NCBI GenBank assembly: GCA_044070495.1
Contig: JBIPSI010000024.1
Span: forward strand, 1-64,000
DNA length: 64,000 nucleotides
Direction: 5' to 3'
Source: Spirulina sp.
GTDB taxonomy: Bacteria; Cyanobacteriota; Cyanobacteriia; Phormidesmidales; Phormidesmidaceae
In this document: piece after piece, positions 28,788 to 38,829 of the stretch
Numbering within the stretch: the first letter of the stretch is position 1
Layout: each line of letters starts with the position of its first letter
Made by a program: the position numbers and the translations under genes
The notes under the pieces: generated by a model
The model's input: the letters and a program-made list of their open reading frames with translations, nothing else
Databases searched by the model: none
Told to the model about the DNA's origin: nothing

Positions 28788-28809
28788 ATCTCAATCCTGA
28801 ACCAATGCT

Positions 28810-29268
28810 CTAGGGACGATCCTCGGCCTCGTCAGCCTTCACGGGCGACTTCACAACCATTACCGTACAGGGCGCTTCCGCCACCACTTGGCTGCTCACC
28901 GACCCCGCTAGAATGCGGTCTACCCCCGTCAGCCCCCGGCTACCTAGCACAATCAGACTGGCCTGGTGAATATTGGCTAGCCGCAGAATCTCTGTTTCGG
29001 CGTCGCCCTGCACAATCTCGAACATCGCCGTGACATCTGGTAGCTGGGCCGCGCAGGCTTGTAAATGCTGCTCAATTTGGCTGTGGGGAAACTCGTGATC
29101 CACAGGCAAAGGCCGAGACACATCTTGCCCCGCCGTATCCTCGGCGTAGGGCAAAACATGGGCGAAAACCGCCGCAGTTCCATCAGCCAGCTTGAGCTGC
29201 TGCACCGCCGCCATCACCTGATGGTCGAACGGTCTATTGTCTAGCGCAATCAGAACGACATCAAACAC
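28810..29268 (-). CDS. Universal stress protein (UspA family); start taken at GTG, ORF open to 29340
   Basis: LIVLGSRGLTGVDRILAGSVSSQVVAEAPCTVMVVK. Confidence 0.92.
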   Translation of the reverse strand: MFDVVLIALDNRPFDHQVMAAVQQLKLADGTAAVFAHVLPYAEDTAGQDVSRPLPVDHEFPHSQIEQHLQACAAQLPDVTAMFEIVQGDAETEILRLANIHQASLIVLGSRGLTGVDRILAGSVSSQVVAEAPCTVMVVKSPVKADEAEDRP

Positions 29269-29460
29269 AGGCGACCCTGACTTATTGGCAACGATTCCGC
29301 AGGTATTGTACGCTAACTCGCACCCCGACACCCTGGCCATCCGGCAGAATGGCCCTTTGGGCTATCTCCGTGGCGGATAGGGTGCCTGCCTGAGTGGGGA
29401 TGTGGGAGTGCTTTAAACCTAGGATTTCCTGAGCCTAGACAAGTCCTCAATCTACTACGC

Positions 29461-29490
29461 AAAAAGCAGGGCAAGTGTGTTGCCCTGCTT
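29461..29490 (-). terminator. Intrinsic terminator of rpmF
   Basis: AAAAAGCAGGGCAA...TTGCCCTGCTT hairpin. Confidence 0.8.
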
Positions 29491-29536
29491 ACAAGCGCTA
29501 GAGTTCCTATAGGTACGGCTGAGCGAAAGGGAAGGT

Positions 29537-29713
29537 CTACTCTTCGTCCTCGTCGTCCTCGTCGGAGGGGTAGACAAAGCTGGTGGAACGACCGGTCAAC
29601 ACCGACTTACCCAAAGACATGGCCTTTTGGGCCTGAAGGGTTGCGGTACGTCTCCAGGTAGCCCGACGTTGGTCGCGCTTTTGTTTGGAGGTTTTCTTCT
29701 TGGGAACCGCCAT
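29537..29713 (-). CDS. rpmF: 50S ribosomal protein L32 (missing from the ORF track)
   Basis: Manual translation: [58 protein letters not shown]. Confidence 0.97.
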   Translation of the reverse strand: MAVPKKKTSKQKRDQRRATWRRTATLQAQKAMSLGKSVLTGRSTSFVYPSDEDDEDEE

Positions 29714-29855
29714 GGCTGCAATACGCTAAACTTGACAACCTTACAAGCATACGACAAAAGACAACCCTTGAACAAGGATTGTTCAAGGGAATCAAGGGTC
29801 TGCCGGGGGAACAGTAACCATTGGCGGATTTCCCATGGATGAAGTATGTTGCTGT

Positions 29856-29922
29856 GATCCCCCCTGCCCCCTTAAAAAGGGGGGATAGCGTGAGACTTAG
29901 ACAACTAGGTACCGGGGGGATC
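29856..29922. repeat. GATCCCCC...GGGGGATC-bounded hairpin repeat (same family as the inner element at 52489-52564)
   Basis: GATCCCCCCTGCCCCCTTAAAAAGGGGGG...GGGGGGATC. Confidence 0.65.
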
Positions 29923-30001
29923 TAGAACTCAGCAGCGATGTACCTTACTCCATCGAGAACCACTATAAATAGCGTCTAGGGAAATGCGTCTAGGGAAGCG
30001 T

Positions 30002-30436
30002 TTAGGGCAGTAAGGCGCGGGCCGCTGGATAGTACTCGACCCAGGCCAGCACATCCGGCTGGCGCTGCCAATCGCTGCGGCTCACCGCTACGGTGAGGAC
30101 GGGCATGGCAATGCCCTGACTTTCGCCGATGATCGTGACAATGGCCTCGGTCATCAGTACGTCGCTGTCGAAGCTGCGCTGCACCCCCGCCCGCGCAATA
30201 ATTTCCGACCGACGCAGGAAGGTCTCAAAACTTTCGCCCGATTCGCGCACCAAAAATAGGTTGAGGCGAGAACTGTAAGCCTCGGCGGCGGGGGGATTAA
30301 TCAGTGGGGCAACGGTGCCTAGGCCTAGGGTCAGGGCTAGGGCTAGACCGATGCGCGACAACGTTCGTGGCCAAGCTTTCGCTAATGCAGCCCACCCATA
30401 CACCATGGCTTTACTCCTCCGAAACCTCAATTCCAT
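30002..30436 (-). CDS. Conserved-looking cyanobacterial exported hypothetical protein
   Basis: Signal-like hydrophobic stretch ending AAEA; ESFETFLRRSE..A...QRSFD pattern. Confidence 0.7.
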   Translation of the reverse strand: MELRFRRSKAMVYGWAALAKAWPRTLSRIGLALALTLGLGTVAPLINPPAAEAYSSRLNLFLVRESGESFETFLRRSEIIARAGVQRSFDSDVLMTEAIVTIIGESQGIAMPVLTVAVSRSDWQRQPDVLAWVEYYPAARALLP

Positions 30437-30594
30437 CGCCGCAGGTTGTCCCTAGGCCAGGGGGATTTAACTTTGCCCCCATTGTATCCAGCCTGATCCA
30501 AAACGCGGCAGGGAACTCTCTGATCTAGGTCGCAGATCCCAGTTGCAGAAACGGGCTGGTTTTTCCTGCGCCTCTCTGAGAGCAAGGCGCTACT

Positions 30595-32631
30595 ATGGCA
30601 GGTACATTCGAGGAGGCCTCTACAGGAATGGCTAGCCACTGGCCGGTGATTGTCGGCATCAACCAATACCAACAGCTTCAGCCTTTGATGTACGCTCAGT
30701 TCGATGCCATTGAGCTGAGGGATTTTTGGGTGCAAGAGGCCGGGCTGGCTCCGGAATCCTGCGCCCTGCTGACGGATGTATCCCCCATGGTGTATCAGGG
30801 GGCCGCTTTCCCCAGCCGAGAGGTGATGCGGCAACGCCTAGAGCAGACGGTGGCTAAGGCCGGGGCCGAGGATACGATTGTGTTTTTTTTCAGCGGCTAT
30901 GGGGTGAGTTGGGAAGGGCAGGATTATCTGCTGCCCGTCGATGCCGACCCTAGCCGCATTGTGCAAACGGGAATTTTAATCGCCGATGTGTTCAAAATCC
31001 TGACCCAGGGCAAAACCGCCCAGGTGTTGGTGATGTTGGATATGAACCGCCCCCAGTCGGCCATTGCCCCTGCCCGATTAGGGCAGCAGACGATGGAGAT
31101 GGCGAAGGATTTGGAGATTCCGCTGCTGCTGTCTTGCCAGCCCCAGGAGTTTTCCCAGGAAACCCTGGCGGTGCGCCATGGCCTGTTTACGGAGGCCGTC
31201 ATTGAGGGGATGCGCTTCCACGGTTGCCTCACCCTAACGCAACTGGCCGATTACTTGGCCAATCGAGTGCCGGAACTCTGCCGCCACCACTGGCGACCGG
31301 AACAGCACCCCGTAGCGGTAATTCCAGCGGCCCAGCGGTTTTTGATGCTGGTGCCCCCCAGTGCCGCCGCCAATATTGCCGGAGGCCCCGTGGTCATGCC
31401 CCCGGCGTTAGAGGAGGAAGACTCTGAGGTCGAAGATCTCGGTATCGTTGTCCCTGCCGCCCTGACCTCCCCCCCGGTGGATCGCTCGGTTGAGCCAGCC
31501 CCTAGGATGGAGGCCCCAGCCACCCAAGGATCTGGGGATGCGGGAACCGTGGCTACCGCTGCCGCCGCCGCCGCATCAGACTCGGCCATAACGGAAGCGC
31601 CGAAGACGGGATCGTCCTCAGGATCAGAACCTCTGGGTTGGCCCCAGTGGGCTTTGCTGGCGGCGGGGGTGTTGCTGCTGGGGGTGCTGCTGCGAAATCA
31701 AACGGTGTTCTTGGGTAATCGCGCCGCTGCCCCCACCCTGCCGGAGACTACCGAGACGCTGCCCGAAACTCCGGATTCCCCCGTGGCCCTACCCGAAGCA
31801 GCCCCCCCCGATGGAGAGGTCATCCCTGAGCCTGACGCCCCAGAGGAAAGCCCGTCCGAGGAGCCCAGTCCCCTATTCCCTGGCACGAATATCGATGGGC
31901 CAACGGCCTTGGGTTTGGCCCGCAAAGCCTTGGAGGAGCGACAGTTTGGCGAGGCCATCACCTGGCTGAATCAAATTCCTGAGGGGGAACGGCCCCCGGA
32001 TTTTGACGCCATGGTGGCCCAGGCGGAAGCCGGGCAAGCCAGTGCCGTGGTAACAGGAGATGTGATCCTCAACGATGCCCGTCGGTTGGTGGAACCGGTA
32101 CCGGCCTCGCTGTTTAATGACGCCATTGAACGCGCCCGCCAGGTGCCCCTGGGCGATCCCCAGTACGACCAGGCCCAGGCCGACATTGCCCGCTGGAGCC
32201 AGGTCATTTTAGACCTGGCCGAGGGGCGGGCCGCCGCCGGAAATTTTGATGGAGCCATCGCCGCCGCTAGCCTAGTTCCCGCCGATCAGGCCGATACCTA
32301 CGCCCAGGCCCAATCCTCCATCGCCCGCTGGCAGCAGCGCAAAACCAACCGCCAACTGCTCCAGCAGGCCCAGTCCATGCTCCAACCCGACCAGGCTACC
32401 TCTTTTAAGGAGGCCATTGCCCTGGCCCAGCAAATTCCCGCCGATTTCCCGGAACATGCTGTGGCCCAAGAGCGCATTAGCCAGTGGAGTCAGGATATTT
32501 TGGTGATTGCCCGCGCCCGTGCCGCCGCTGGGGATTTTGCCGGAGCCATTGCCGCCGCCGAGCGGGTGCCCCCCAACACCAGCGCCTACGACCAGGCTCA
32601 GCAGGAAATGCAAAATTGGCAAGGGCAGTAA
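30595..32631 (+). CDS. Caspase-family (peptidase C14) pseudo-orthocaspase with TM segment and C-terminal helical repeats
   Basis: VGINQY, FFFSGYG, YLLPVDA, MLDMNR, HGLFTEA; TM WALLAAGVLLLGVLL. Confidence 0.9.
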   Translation: MAGTFEEASTGMASHWPVIVGINQYQQLQPLMYAQFDAIELRDFWVQEAGLAPESCALLTDVSPMVYQGAAFPSREVMRQRLEQTVAKAGAEDTIVFFFSGYGVSWEGQDYLLPVDADPSRIVQTGILIADVFKILTQGKTAQVLVMLDMNRPQSAIAPARLGQQTMEMAKDLEIPLLLSCQPQEFSQETLAVRHGLFTEAVIEGMRFHGCLTLTQLADYLANRVPELCRHHWRPEQHPVAVIPAAQRFLMLVPPSAAANIAGGPVVMPPALEEEDSEVEDLGIVVPAALTSPPVDRSVEPAPRMEAPATQGSGDAGTVATAAAAAASDSAITEAPKTGSSSGSEPLGWPQWALLAAGVLLLGVLLRNQTVFLGNRAAAPTLPETTETLPETPDSPVALPEAAPPDGEVIPEPDAPEESPSEEPSPLFPGTNIDGPTALGLARKALEERQFGEAITWLNQIPEGERPPDFDAMVAQAEAGQASAVVTGDVILNDARRLVEPVPASLFNDAIERARQVPLGDPQYDQAQADIARWSQVILDLAEGRAAAGNFDGAIAAASLVPADQADTYAQAQSSIARWQQRKTNRQLLQQAQSMLQPDQATSFKEAIALAQQIPADFPEHAVAQERISQWSQDILVIARARAAAGDFAGAIAAAERVPPNTSAYDQAQQEMQNWQGQ

Positions 32632-32714
32632 TGGTCTTGCCCTCCTAAAACCTGCGTTCCCTGCGACAATGCCCCTATCCAGTCCGCCGATTTCCAGGAC
32701 TTCGACATTCTCCC

Positions 32715-33206
32715 ATGCCCACCCCTATTCCCCCCGGCCCCGGTCAAGAGTCCGTTTGGGACTATCCCCGTCCCCCTCGCCTAGAGGACTCGGAGCGTCA
32801 CATTCGCGTGGTTTTCAATGGCGAAGTGATTGCCGATTCTCGTCGTGCCAAGCGGGTGCTCGAAACTAGTCATCCCCCGGTCTATTACCTGCCGCCGGAG
32901 GATGTGCAAATGGCCTACTTCCAGCCCACCGCCAAGGCCACCTTCTGCGAGTGGAAGGGGATGGCCTCCTACTACACCATCACCGTGGGCGATAGCTGCC
33001 TAGAAAATGGGGCCTGGTACTACCCAGAACCCACTCCCCCCTTTCGCGAAATTGCCCACTACATTGCGGTCTATCCGGGCAAAATGGACGCCTGCTATGT
33101 GGATGATGAACAGGTGCAGGCCCAACCGGGGGATTTCTACGGCGGCTGGATCACCCAGGATATTGTGGGGCCGTTCAAGGGCAGTCTGGGCACCTGGGGA
33201 TGGTGA
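32715..33206 (+). CDS. DUF427 domain protein
   Basis: ESVWDYPRPP, ETSHPPVYY, CEWKG.ASYY, FYGGWIT. Confidence 0.92.
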   Translation: MPTPIPPGPGQESVWDYPRPPRLEDSERHIRVVFNGEVIADSRRAKRVLETSHPPVYYLPPEDVQMAYFQPTAKATFCEWKGMASYYTITVGDSCLENGAWYYPEPTPPFREIAHYIAVYPGKMDACYVDDEQVQAQPGDFYGGWITQDIVGPFKGSLGTWGW

Positions 33207-33418
33207 GTCGTTATAGGCTAGAGTCCTCGGTTCTGTGAAGGGCGGGTGAATCTATGTCCTTGGTTACCTAAATATGGTTTTACTTGGGTTTAATAATCCG
33301 GGCGATGATAGTTGGGGCAGAAGATGTTTAAGATGCCTTCGGCCAACTAGGTTGGTAGGTTAACCCTTAGTTTGGGTACGTTGTAGTCAAACCAATACTG
33401 ATTTCTAGGCGATTTGTT

Positions 33419-34387
33419 ATGAGAATTTTAGTTACTGGGGGGGCTGGGTTTATCGGCTCTCATCTCATTGATCGGCTGATGGCGGAAGGCCATGAGGTGA
33501 TCTGCCTCGACAACTTCTATACGGGCCACAAGCGCAATATTTTAAAGTGGCTGGATAATCCCTATTTTGAGTGCATTCGCCACGATGTCACGGAGCCCAT
33601 TCGCCTAGAGGTAGACCAGATTTACCACCTGGCCTGTCCGGCCTCCCCGGTGCACTACCAGTACAACCCGGTGAAAACCATCAAAACCAACGTGATGGGT
33701 ACCCTAAATATGCTGGGCCTAGCCAAGCGCATTAAAGCCCGGTTTTTGCTGGCCTCTACCTCAGAGGTCTACGGCGATCCGGAGGTGCATCCCCAAACCG
33801 AAGAATATCGCGGCAATGTCAACCCCATCGGCATCCGCAGTTGCTACGACGAAGGCAAGCGGGTGGCGGAAACCCTGTCCTTTGACTACCATCGCCAAAA
33901 CAACGTGGATATTCGGGTGGCCCGTATTTTTAATACCTACGGCCCTCGGATGCTAGAGAACGATGGGCGGGTGGTCAGCAACTTTGTGGTGCAGGCGCTT
34001 CAGGGCATTCCCCTCACGGTCTACGGTACGGGCGGCCAGACCCGCAGTTTCTGCTACGTGTCTGACCTAGTAGATGGGTTAATGCGGTTGATGAATGGCG
34101 ATTACATGGGGCCTGTAAACCTGGGCAACCCCGATGAGTACACCATTCTAGAACTGGCCCAAGCGGTGCAAGCGATGGTGAACCCAGGGGCTGAGTTAAT
34201 TTATAAGCCCCTGCCCCAGGACGATCCCCAACGCCGCAAGCCCGATATTACCAAGGCCAAAACCTTCCTCAACTGGAGCCCCACGGTGCCCCTCCAGGAG
34301 GGCCTTGTCCGCACCGTTGAGGATTTTCGCCAGCGGATGGAGGCCAATGCCATTGATGGAATTGCCAAACCCGTGATCTCGGTTTAG
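33419..34387 (+). CDS. UDP-glucuronate decarboxylase (UDP-xylose synthase family)
   Basis: [42 protein letters not shown]. Confidence 0.95.
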   Translation: MRILVTGGAGFIGSHLIDRLMAEGHEVICLDNFYTGHKRNILKWLDNPYFECIRHDVTEPIRLEVDQIYHLACPASPVHYQYNPVKTIKTNVMGTLNMLGLAKRIKARFLLASTSEVYGDPEVHPQTEEYRGNVNPIGIRSCYDEGKRVAETLSFDYHRQNNVDIRVARIFNTYGPRMLENDGRVVSNFVVQALQGIPLTVYGTGGQTRSFCYVSDLVDGLMRLMNGDYMGPVNLGNPDEYTILELAQAVQAMVNPGAELIYKPLPQDDPQRRKPDITKAKTFLNWSPTVPLQEGLVRTVEDFRQRMEANAIDGIAKPVISV

Positions 34388-34508
34388 ATCGACCGTTGTG
34401 CCATGGAATGCTGGAAGGGCTGGGCGAGTTCGGTTTAGTTCCTTCCCCATTCATCAACGACCTGTTGGTTCATGCTCCCCATAGTTTATTCGTAGAGGAC
34501 TATTGAAG

Positions 34509-35894
34509 ATGCGCGTATGTGTCATTGGTACTGGCTATGTAGGCCTGGTTACCGGCGTTTGTTTAGCCCATGTGGGTCATGACGTCATTTGCATTGATGT
34601 CAACGAAGAAAAAGTGAAGTTGATGCAGTCTGGGCAGTCCCCCATTTTTGAACCCGGACTCTCGGAACTGATGAAATCCTCCATGGAGACCGGGCACCTC
34701 CAGTTTTCCACTGACCTACAGCAGGGGGTTGAGCACGGGGAGGTGCTGTTTATTGCGGTGGGTACTCCAGCCCTGCCCAACGGCGAAAGCGATACCCGCT
34801 ATGTGGAGGCGGTGGCGCGGGGCATTGGCACCCACCTCAACGGCGGCTACAAGGTGATCGTGAATAAATCCACGGTACCCATCGGTTCTGGCGACTGGGT
34901 ACGGATGATTGTGCTGGATGGGGTGGCCGAGCGTCAGCCCGTGGCCGTGGCCGCCGGATCGGGCGAAGCTATCCATCCCGAAGTGCTTGCCGATTTCGAT
35001 GTGGTCAGCAACCCCGAATTTCTGCGGGAAGGATCCGCCATCTACGACACCTTCAACCCCGACCGCATTGTGCTGGGCAGCAACAGTTCCCGTGCGGTCG
35101 ATCTGATGCAGCAACTCTATGCCCCCATTGTCTCTGGCCAGTATCGAGACATTCCTGGCGGCGATCCGGTGCCCGTGGTTGTCACGGATCTCAGCTCGGC
35201 GGAAATGGTGAAGTACGCCTCCAACTCGTTCCTGGCCACCAAAATCAGCTTCATCAACGAAATTGCCAACATCTGCGACCGGGTGGGGGCCGATGTCACC
35301 CAGGTGGCGGCGGGGATTGGCCTCGACTCCCGCATTGGCAAGAAGTTCCTCCAGGCGGGCATTGGCTGGGGCGGGTCTTGTTTCCCCAAGGATGTGTCGG
35401 CCCTGATCCACACCGCTGAAGACTACGGTTATGAGGCCCAACTGCTGAAGTCCGCTGTGGAGGTGAACAACCGCCAGCGCCAGATCACCCTGGAAAAACT
35501 CCAGCAGGTGTTAAAAATCCTCAAGGGCAAAACCGTGGGGCTGCTAGGGCTCACCTTCAAGCCCGACACCGACGACATGCGCGATGCCCCCTCCCTGATT
35601 CTGATTGAGCAACTCAATCGCCTGGGGGCCAAGGTCAAGGCCTACGACCCGATTGTCTCCCAGAGCGGTATCCGCCACGGCCTCACCGGGGTGATTGTGG
35701 AAAACGATGCCCCCCACCTAGCCGATGGCTGCGATGCCCTGGTGCTGGTGACCGACTGGGCTCAGTTTAAAGACCTCGACTACGCCGCCCTGGCCCAGCG
35801 GATGCACAGCCCCATCCTCATCGATGGCCGTAACTTCCTAGATCGGGAAGCCCTGATGCGGGCGGGCTTCCAGTATATGGGCATTGGTCGCTAG
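34509..35894 (+). CDS. ugd: UDP-glucose 6-dehydrogenase
   Basis: GTGYVGL, KSTVP, SNPEFLREG, GGSCFPKD, FKPDTDDMR. Confidence 0.96.
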   Translation: MRVCVIGTGYVGLVTGVCLAHVGHDVICIDVNEEKVKLMQSGQSPIFEPGLSELMKSSMETGHLQFSTDLQQGVEHGEVLFIAVGTPALPNGESDTRYVEAVARGIGTHLNGGYKVIVNKSTVPIGSGDWVRMIVLDGVAERQPVAVAAGSGEAIHPEVLADFDVVSNPEFLREGSAIYDTFNPDRIVLGSNSSRAVDLMQQLYAPIVSGQYRDIPGGDPVPVVVTDLSSAEMVKYASNSFLATKISFINEIANICDRVGADVTQVAAGIGLDSRIGKKFLQAGIGWGGSCFPKDVSALIHTAEDYGYEAQLLKSAVEVNNRQRQITLEKLQQVLKILKGKTVGLLGLTFKPDTDDMRDAPSLILIEQLNRLGAKVKAYDPIVSQSGIRHGLTGVIVENDAPHLADGCDALVLVTDWAQFKDLDYAALAQRMHSPILIDGRNFLDREALMRAGFQYMGIGR

Positions 35895-35920
35895 GTACAG
35901 CCTAGGATCAAGGGCAGCTA

Positions 35921-35993
35921 GCTAGAAAGGCTCAAAGTCCCTCTCCCTTGGGGAGAGGGATTTAGGGTGAGGGCTGCGGGGACTTTGTGATCT
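35921..35993. repeat. CCCTCTCCC/GGGAGAGGG hairpin repeat, closely similar to 47764-47836
   Basis: GCTAGAAAGGCTCAAAGTCCCTCTCCCTTGGGGAGAGGGATTTAGGGTGAGGGC...GGGGACTT. Confidence 0.85.
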
Positions 35994-36034
35994 ACTAACG
36001 TCAGTCCACGTTTCTAACCAAACTTCTAACTATG

Positions 36035-36062
36035 GCAAGGGGCTAAGGCTCCTTGCTTTTTT
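36035..36062 (+). terminator. Intrinsic terminator after uxs-ugd
   Basis: GCAAGGGGC-TAAG-GCTCCTTGC followed by TTTTTT. Confidence 0.8.
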
Positions 36063-36148
36063 ATCGCCCCTTTTACGATGACCCCTTTTGCTAGCCCTGG
36101 GCTAGGCCAAAGGCGGTACATTAGGGGACGAGGGTTCGTTAGGTTGCC

Positions 36149-37162
36149 ATGCGAGTTGTATTTTTGGGGACTCCCCACTTTGCCGTGCCCAGCTTGAAGC
36201 GGCTGTTGGCGGAACCGGACTTTGAGGTGGTGTCCGTGGTGACCCAGCCCGATAAACGGCGGGGACGAGGGGGAAAGGTGGATCCGTCTCCGGTCAAGCA
36301 GGTGGCCCTGGAGGCGAGCTGTCCTATCCTTCAGCCACGCCGCATTAAAAAAGACGAAGACTGTCTTGTGGCCCTAGAGGCCCTCCAGGCCGATGCCTTT
36401 GTGGTGGTGGCCTATGGTCAAATTCTGTCCCAACGCATTCTAGCGATGCCGCGCCTGGGCTGCATCAATGGTCATGGATCGCTGCTGCCCGCCTATCGGG
36501 GGGCGGCCCCCATCCAGTGGTGCATTGTCCATGGAGCCACCGAAACCGGCATGACCACCATGCACATGGACATCGGCATGGACACGGGGGCGATGCTGCT
36601 GAAGTCGCACCTGCCCATTGGCCTGCTGGATAACTTCTACGATGTGGCGGCGGCCCTGGCGGATCAGTGCGCCGACCTGCTGGTAGAGACCCTGCGCGGC
36701 CTAGCCGCCCATGCCCTCACCCCAGAACCCCAGGACGAGGCCCTAGCCACCTATGCGCCGCTGATTCAACGGGAGGACTATCGGCTGGACTGGAGCCAGT
36801 CGGCCCTCGATCTCCACAACCGCGTGCGGGGCTTTTATCCCAATGCCGAAACCACCCTGCGGGATCAGCCCCTCAAGGTGCTGGCCACGGTGCCCCTGGG
36901 GTCGCCCTACTGGGCCGTGCTGCCTCCTGATATCGCCATGCTGCGGCCTGCGGTAGAGGCTCTGGATATCCCCGCTGCCCAGCCCGGTCAGGTGGTAGGC
37001 CTGCTGAAGGGCCATGGCCCCCTGGTGCAAACGGGGGAGGGACTCTTGCTGCTGCGTGAGGTTAAACCCAGCGGCAAAAAGACCCAGCGAGGCCACGATT
37101 TCGTGAACGGTAGCCGCCTTGCGGTGGGAGAAGGGCTGGGAAAAGAACCGGGGACGCCCTAG
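36149..37162 (+). CDS. fmt: Methionyl-tRNA formyltransferase
   Basis: [43 protein letters not shown]. Confidence 0.97.
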   Translation: MRVVFLGTPHFAVPSLKRLLAEPDFEVVSVVTQPDKRRGRGGKVDPSPVKQVALEASCPILQPRRIKKDEDCLVALEALQADAFVVVAYGQILSQRILAMPRLGCINGHGSLLPAYRGAAPIQWCIVHGATETGMTTMHMDIGMDTGAMLLKSHLPIGLLDNFYDVAAALADQCADLLVETLRGLAAHALTPEPQDEALATYAPLIQREDYRLDWSQSALDLHNRVRGFYPNAETTLRDQPLKVLATVPLGSPYWAVLPPDIAMLRPAVEALDIPAAQPGQVVGLLKGHGPLVQTGEGLLLLREVKPSGKKTQRGHDFVNGSRLAVGEGLGKEPGTP

Positions 37163-37325
37163 GGAACTCCATTTCCCAGCCCTTCAACCCGACCAACGGA
37201 CTCGGTATCCCTAAAACCACGGGATTTCATTAAGAGAAGCTTAAGTTTCTTGCATCTGGCGCGGGGATAACCGTCAACGACAAAATAATCTTTCACAATG
37301 GGAAGCGACATCCTCAGCGGGAGTG

Positions 37326-37730
37326 ATGCCGATGCCCCCTTCGACCCAGCTTCCCCCATCCTGTCCGACCCCCACTAGCGACCCCCCATCCCACTGCCCC
37401 ATCCACCATGTGTTGTCCTACATTGGCAACAAGTGGGCGATTTTAATCTTGCGAGAACTGTTCCAGGGCAACCGCCGCACCAACGAGTTTCTGGCGGCCC
37501 TGCCCGGTATCAGCACCAAAACCCTGACCGCCCGTCTGCGCGAACTAGAGCGCTATGGTTTGGTCACCCGCACGGTGTTCCCAGAGGTGCCGCCTCGAGT
37601 GGAATATTCCCTGACGGCCAAGGGGCGAGAAATTCAGCCGATCATGGTTGCCCTGAGCCAGGTGGGGCAGCACTGGCTGGTTCATCAGCCTCCCGGCACC
37701 ACTCCATCGTTCTATGGGCAAAAGCGCTGA
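37326..37730 (+). CDS. HxlR family winged-helix transcriptional regulator
   Basis: CPI..VL..IGNKW, PGISTKTLTARLRELE, PPRVEYSLT. Confidence 0.93.
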   Translation: MPMPPSTQLPPSCPTPTSDPPSHCPIHHVLSYIGNKWAILILRELFQGNRRTNEFLAALPGISTKTLTARLRELERYGLVTRTVFPEVPPRVEYSLTAKGREIQPIMVALSQVGQHWLVHQPPGTTPSFYGQKR

Positions 37731-37842
37731 TCATGACCCTCTGTTCTGGCCTGATCCCAGTCGTCCATGCGGCTAGCGCCACGCCCCCAGGGATAAAAAT
37801 CTGTAGGATGAAAATCCATCTTTAGCGCATATCCTGCTTGGT

Positions 37843-37907
37843 GACCCCCGATTCAAAGGGGCGAGGAAACCTGCCCCTACGGTGCTGTTTTTTGAGAGTC
37901 GGGGGTT
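37843..37907. repeat. GTAG-type REP hairpin inside a larger inverted repeat
   Basis: CAAAGGGGCGAGGAAACCTGCCCCTAC enclosed by ACCCCCGATTCAAA / TTTGAGAGTCGGGGGT; between convergent genes. Confidence 0.65.
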
Positions 37908-37933
37908 CGGATTGGGGATCAGGTTGAGGGGCC

Positions 37934-38737
37934 TTACAGGTAGGGTTCCACCGCCGCCGCCCAGCCCGTAGGAGCGGGAACCGGAGCCACAGCCCAGCCC
38001 CGGTCAGCTAATTGAGGATGGGGGCCAGCCTCACCGGGTAGGATAATTGGGTGATCCACTGCCTCCAGCATGGGGATGTCGTTGGGGCTATTGCCCAGGC
38101 CCAGGGTAATTAGGGGATCCTGGGGGTGGGCGCTTTGGTAGAGCCTGACGAGGTGGCGCACCGCTTCCCCTTTGCCAGCCATGCCGCCGATTAGGTGTGA
38201 GAACCGATCCCCCAACACCACTCGAAAGCCCATGGCCTCCACCGCCGCTTGCAGGTCGTCAGGGGAGACATTCTTGGGGGTCATAAAGGGCTCGCTAAAC
38301 TCCCGCGCCTTAGCCTGCTTAGCTGCCGCTGGGGTCAGCCCAGTCATCTGCGTAATTTGATCAACGCTCCAATCGCCAAAGCCCTTCAGGGGACGCCCTA
38401 GATCTTGAGCAATGGCCTTTAGCCCAGCCCGTGCCGTCACATAGTTACAGCCCAGGGCCATCACCCGATAGTCACCGTCGTCCTCCCCCTCCGGTAGGGC
38501 AAAGGGCAGGCCGGTTTTGGGGAAGTAGATGGCGCTGCCATTCTCCACCACAAAGGGATCTCGTAGGCCCAGGGATTGTCGCAGATCCTCCACCTCAGCC
38601 CGGGTCTTGCTGGTCACCGGAATCACGGGAATACCCCGCTGAAAGAGGGCGGCTAACACGGGTAGCGCTGCTTGATAGTCGTAGGTCTCGGCATTGAGCA
38701 GGGTGCCGTCGAGGTCGGTAAAAATCAGGTAAGGCAT
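37934..38737 (-). CDS. HAD-IIB mannosyl/glucosyl-3-phosphoglycerate phosphatase-like protein
   Basis: IFTDLDGTLL, TSKTRAEV, ENGS, AREFSEPF, LGNSPNDIPML. Confidence 0.9.
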   Translation of the reverse strand: MPYLIFTDLDGTLLNAETYDYQAALPVLAALFQRGIPVIPVTSKTRAEVEDLRQSLGLRDPFVVENGSAIYFPKTGLPFALPEGEDDGDYRVMALGCNYVTARAGLKAIAQDLGRPLKGFGDWSVDQITQMTGLTPAAAKQAKAREFSEPFMTPKNVSPDDLQAAVEAMGFRVVLGDRFSHLIGGMAGKGEAVRHLVRLYQSAHPQDPLITLGLGNSPNDIPMLEAVDHPIILPGEAGPHPQLADRGWAVAPVPAPTGWAAAVEPYL

Positions 38738-38829
38738 TGGCGATAGCCCCATCGATATGCGTTCATTGTCGTTTAATTGTGTCCTTTAATAAAAAGATGC
38801 CCGTCCTTTCCTGTGTCGATTCCTAACCC

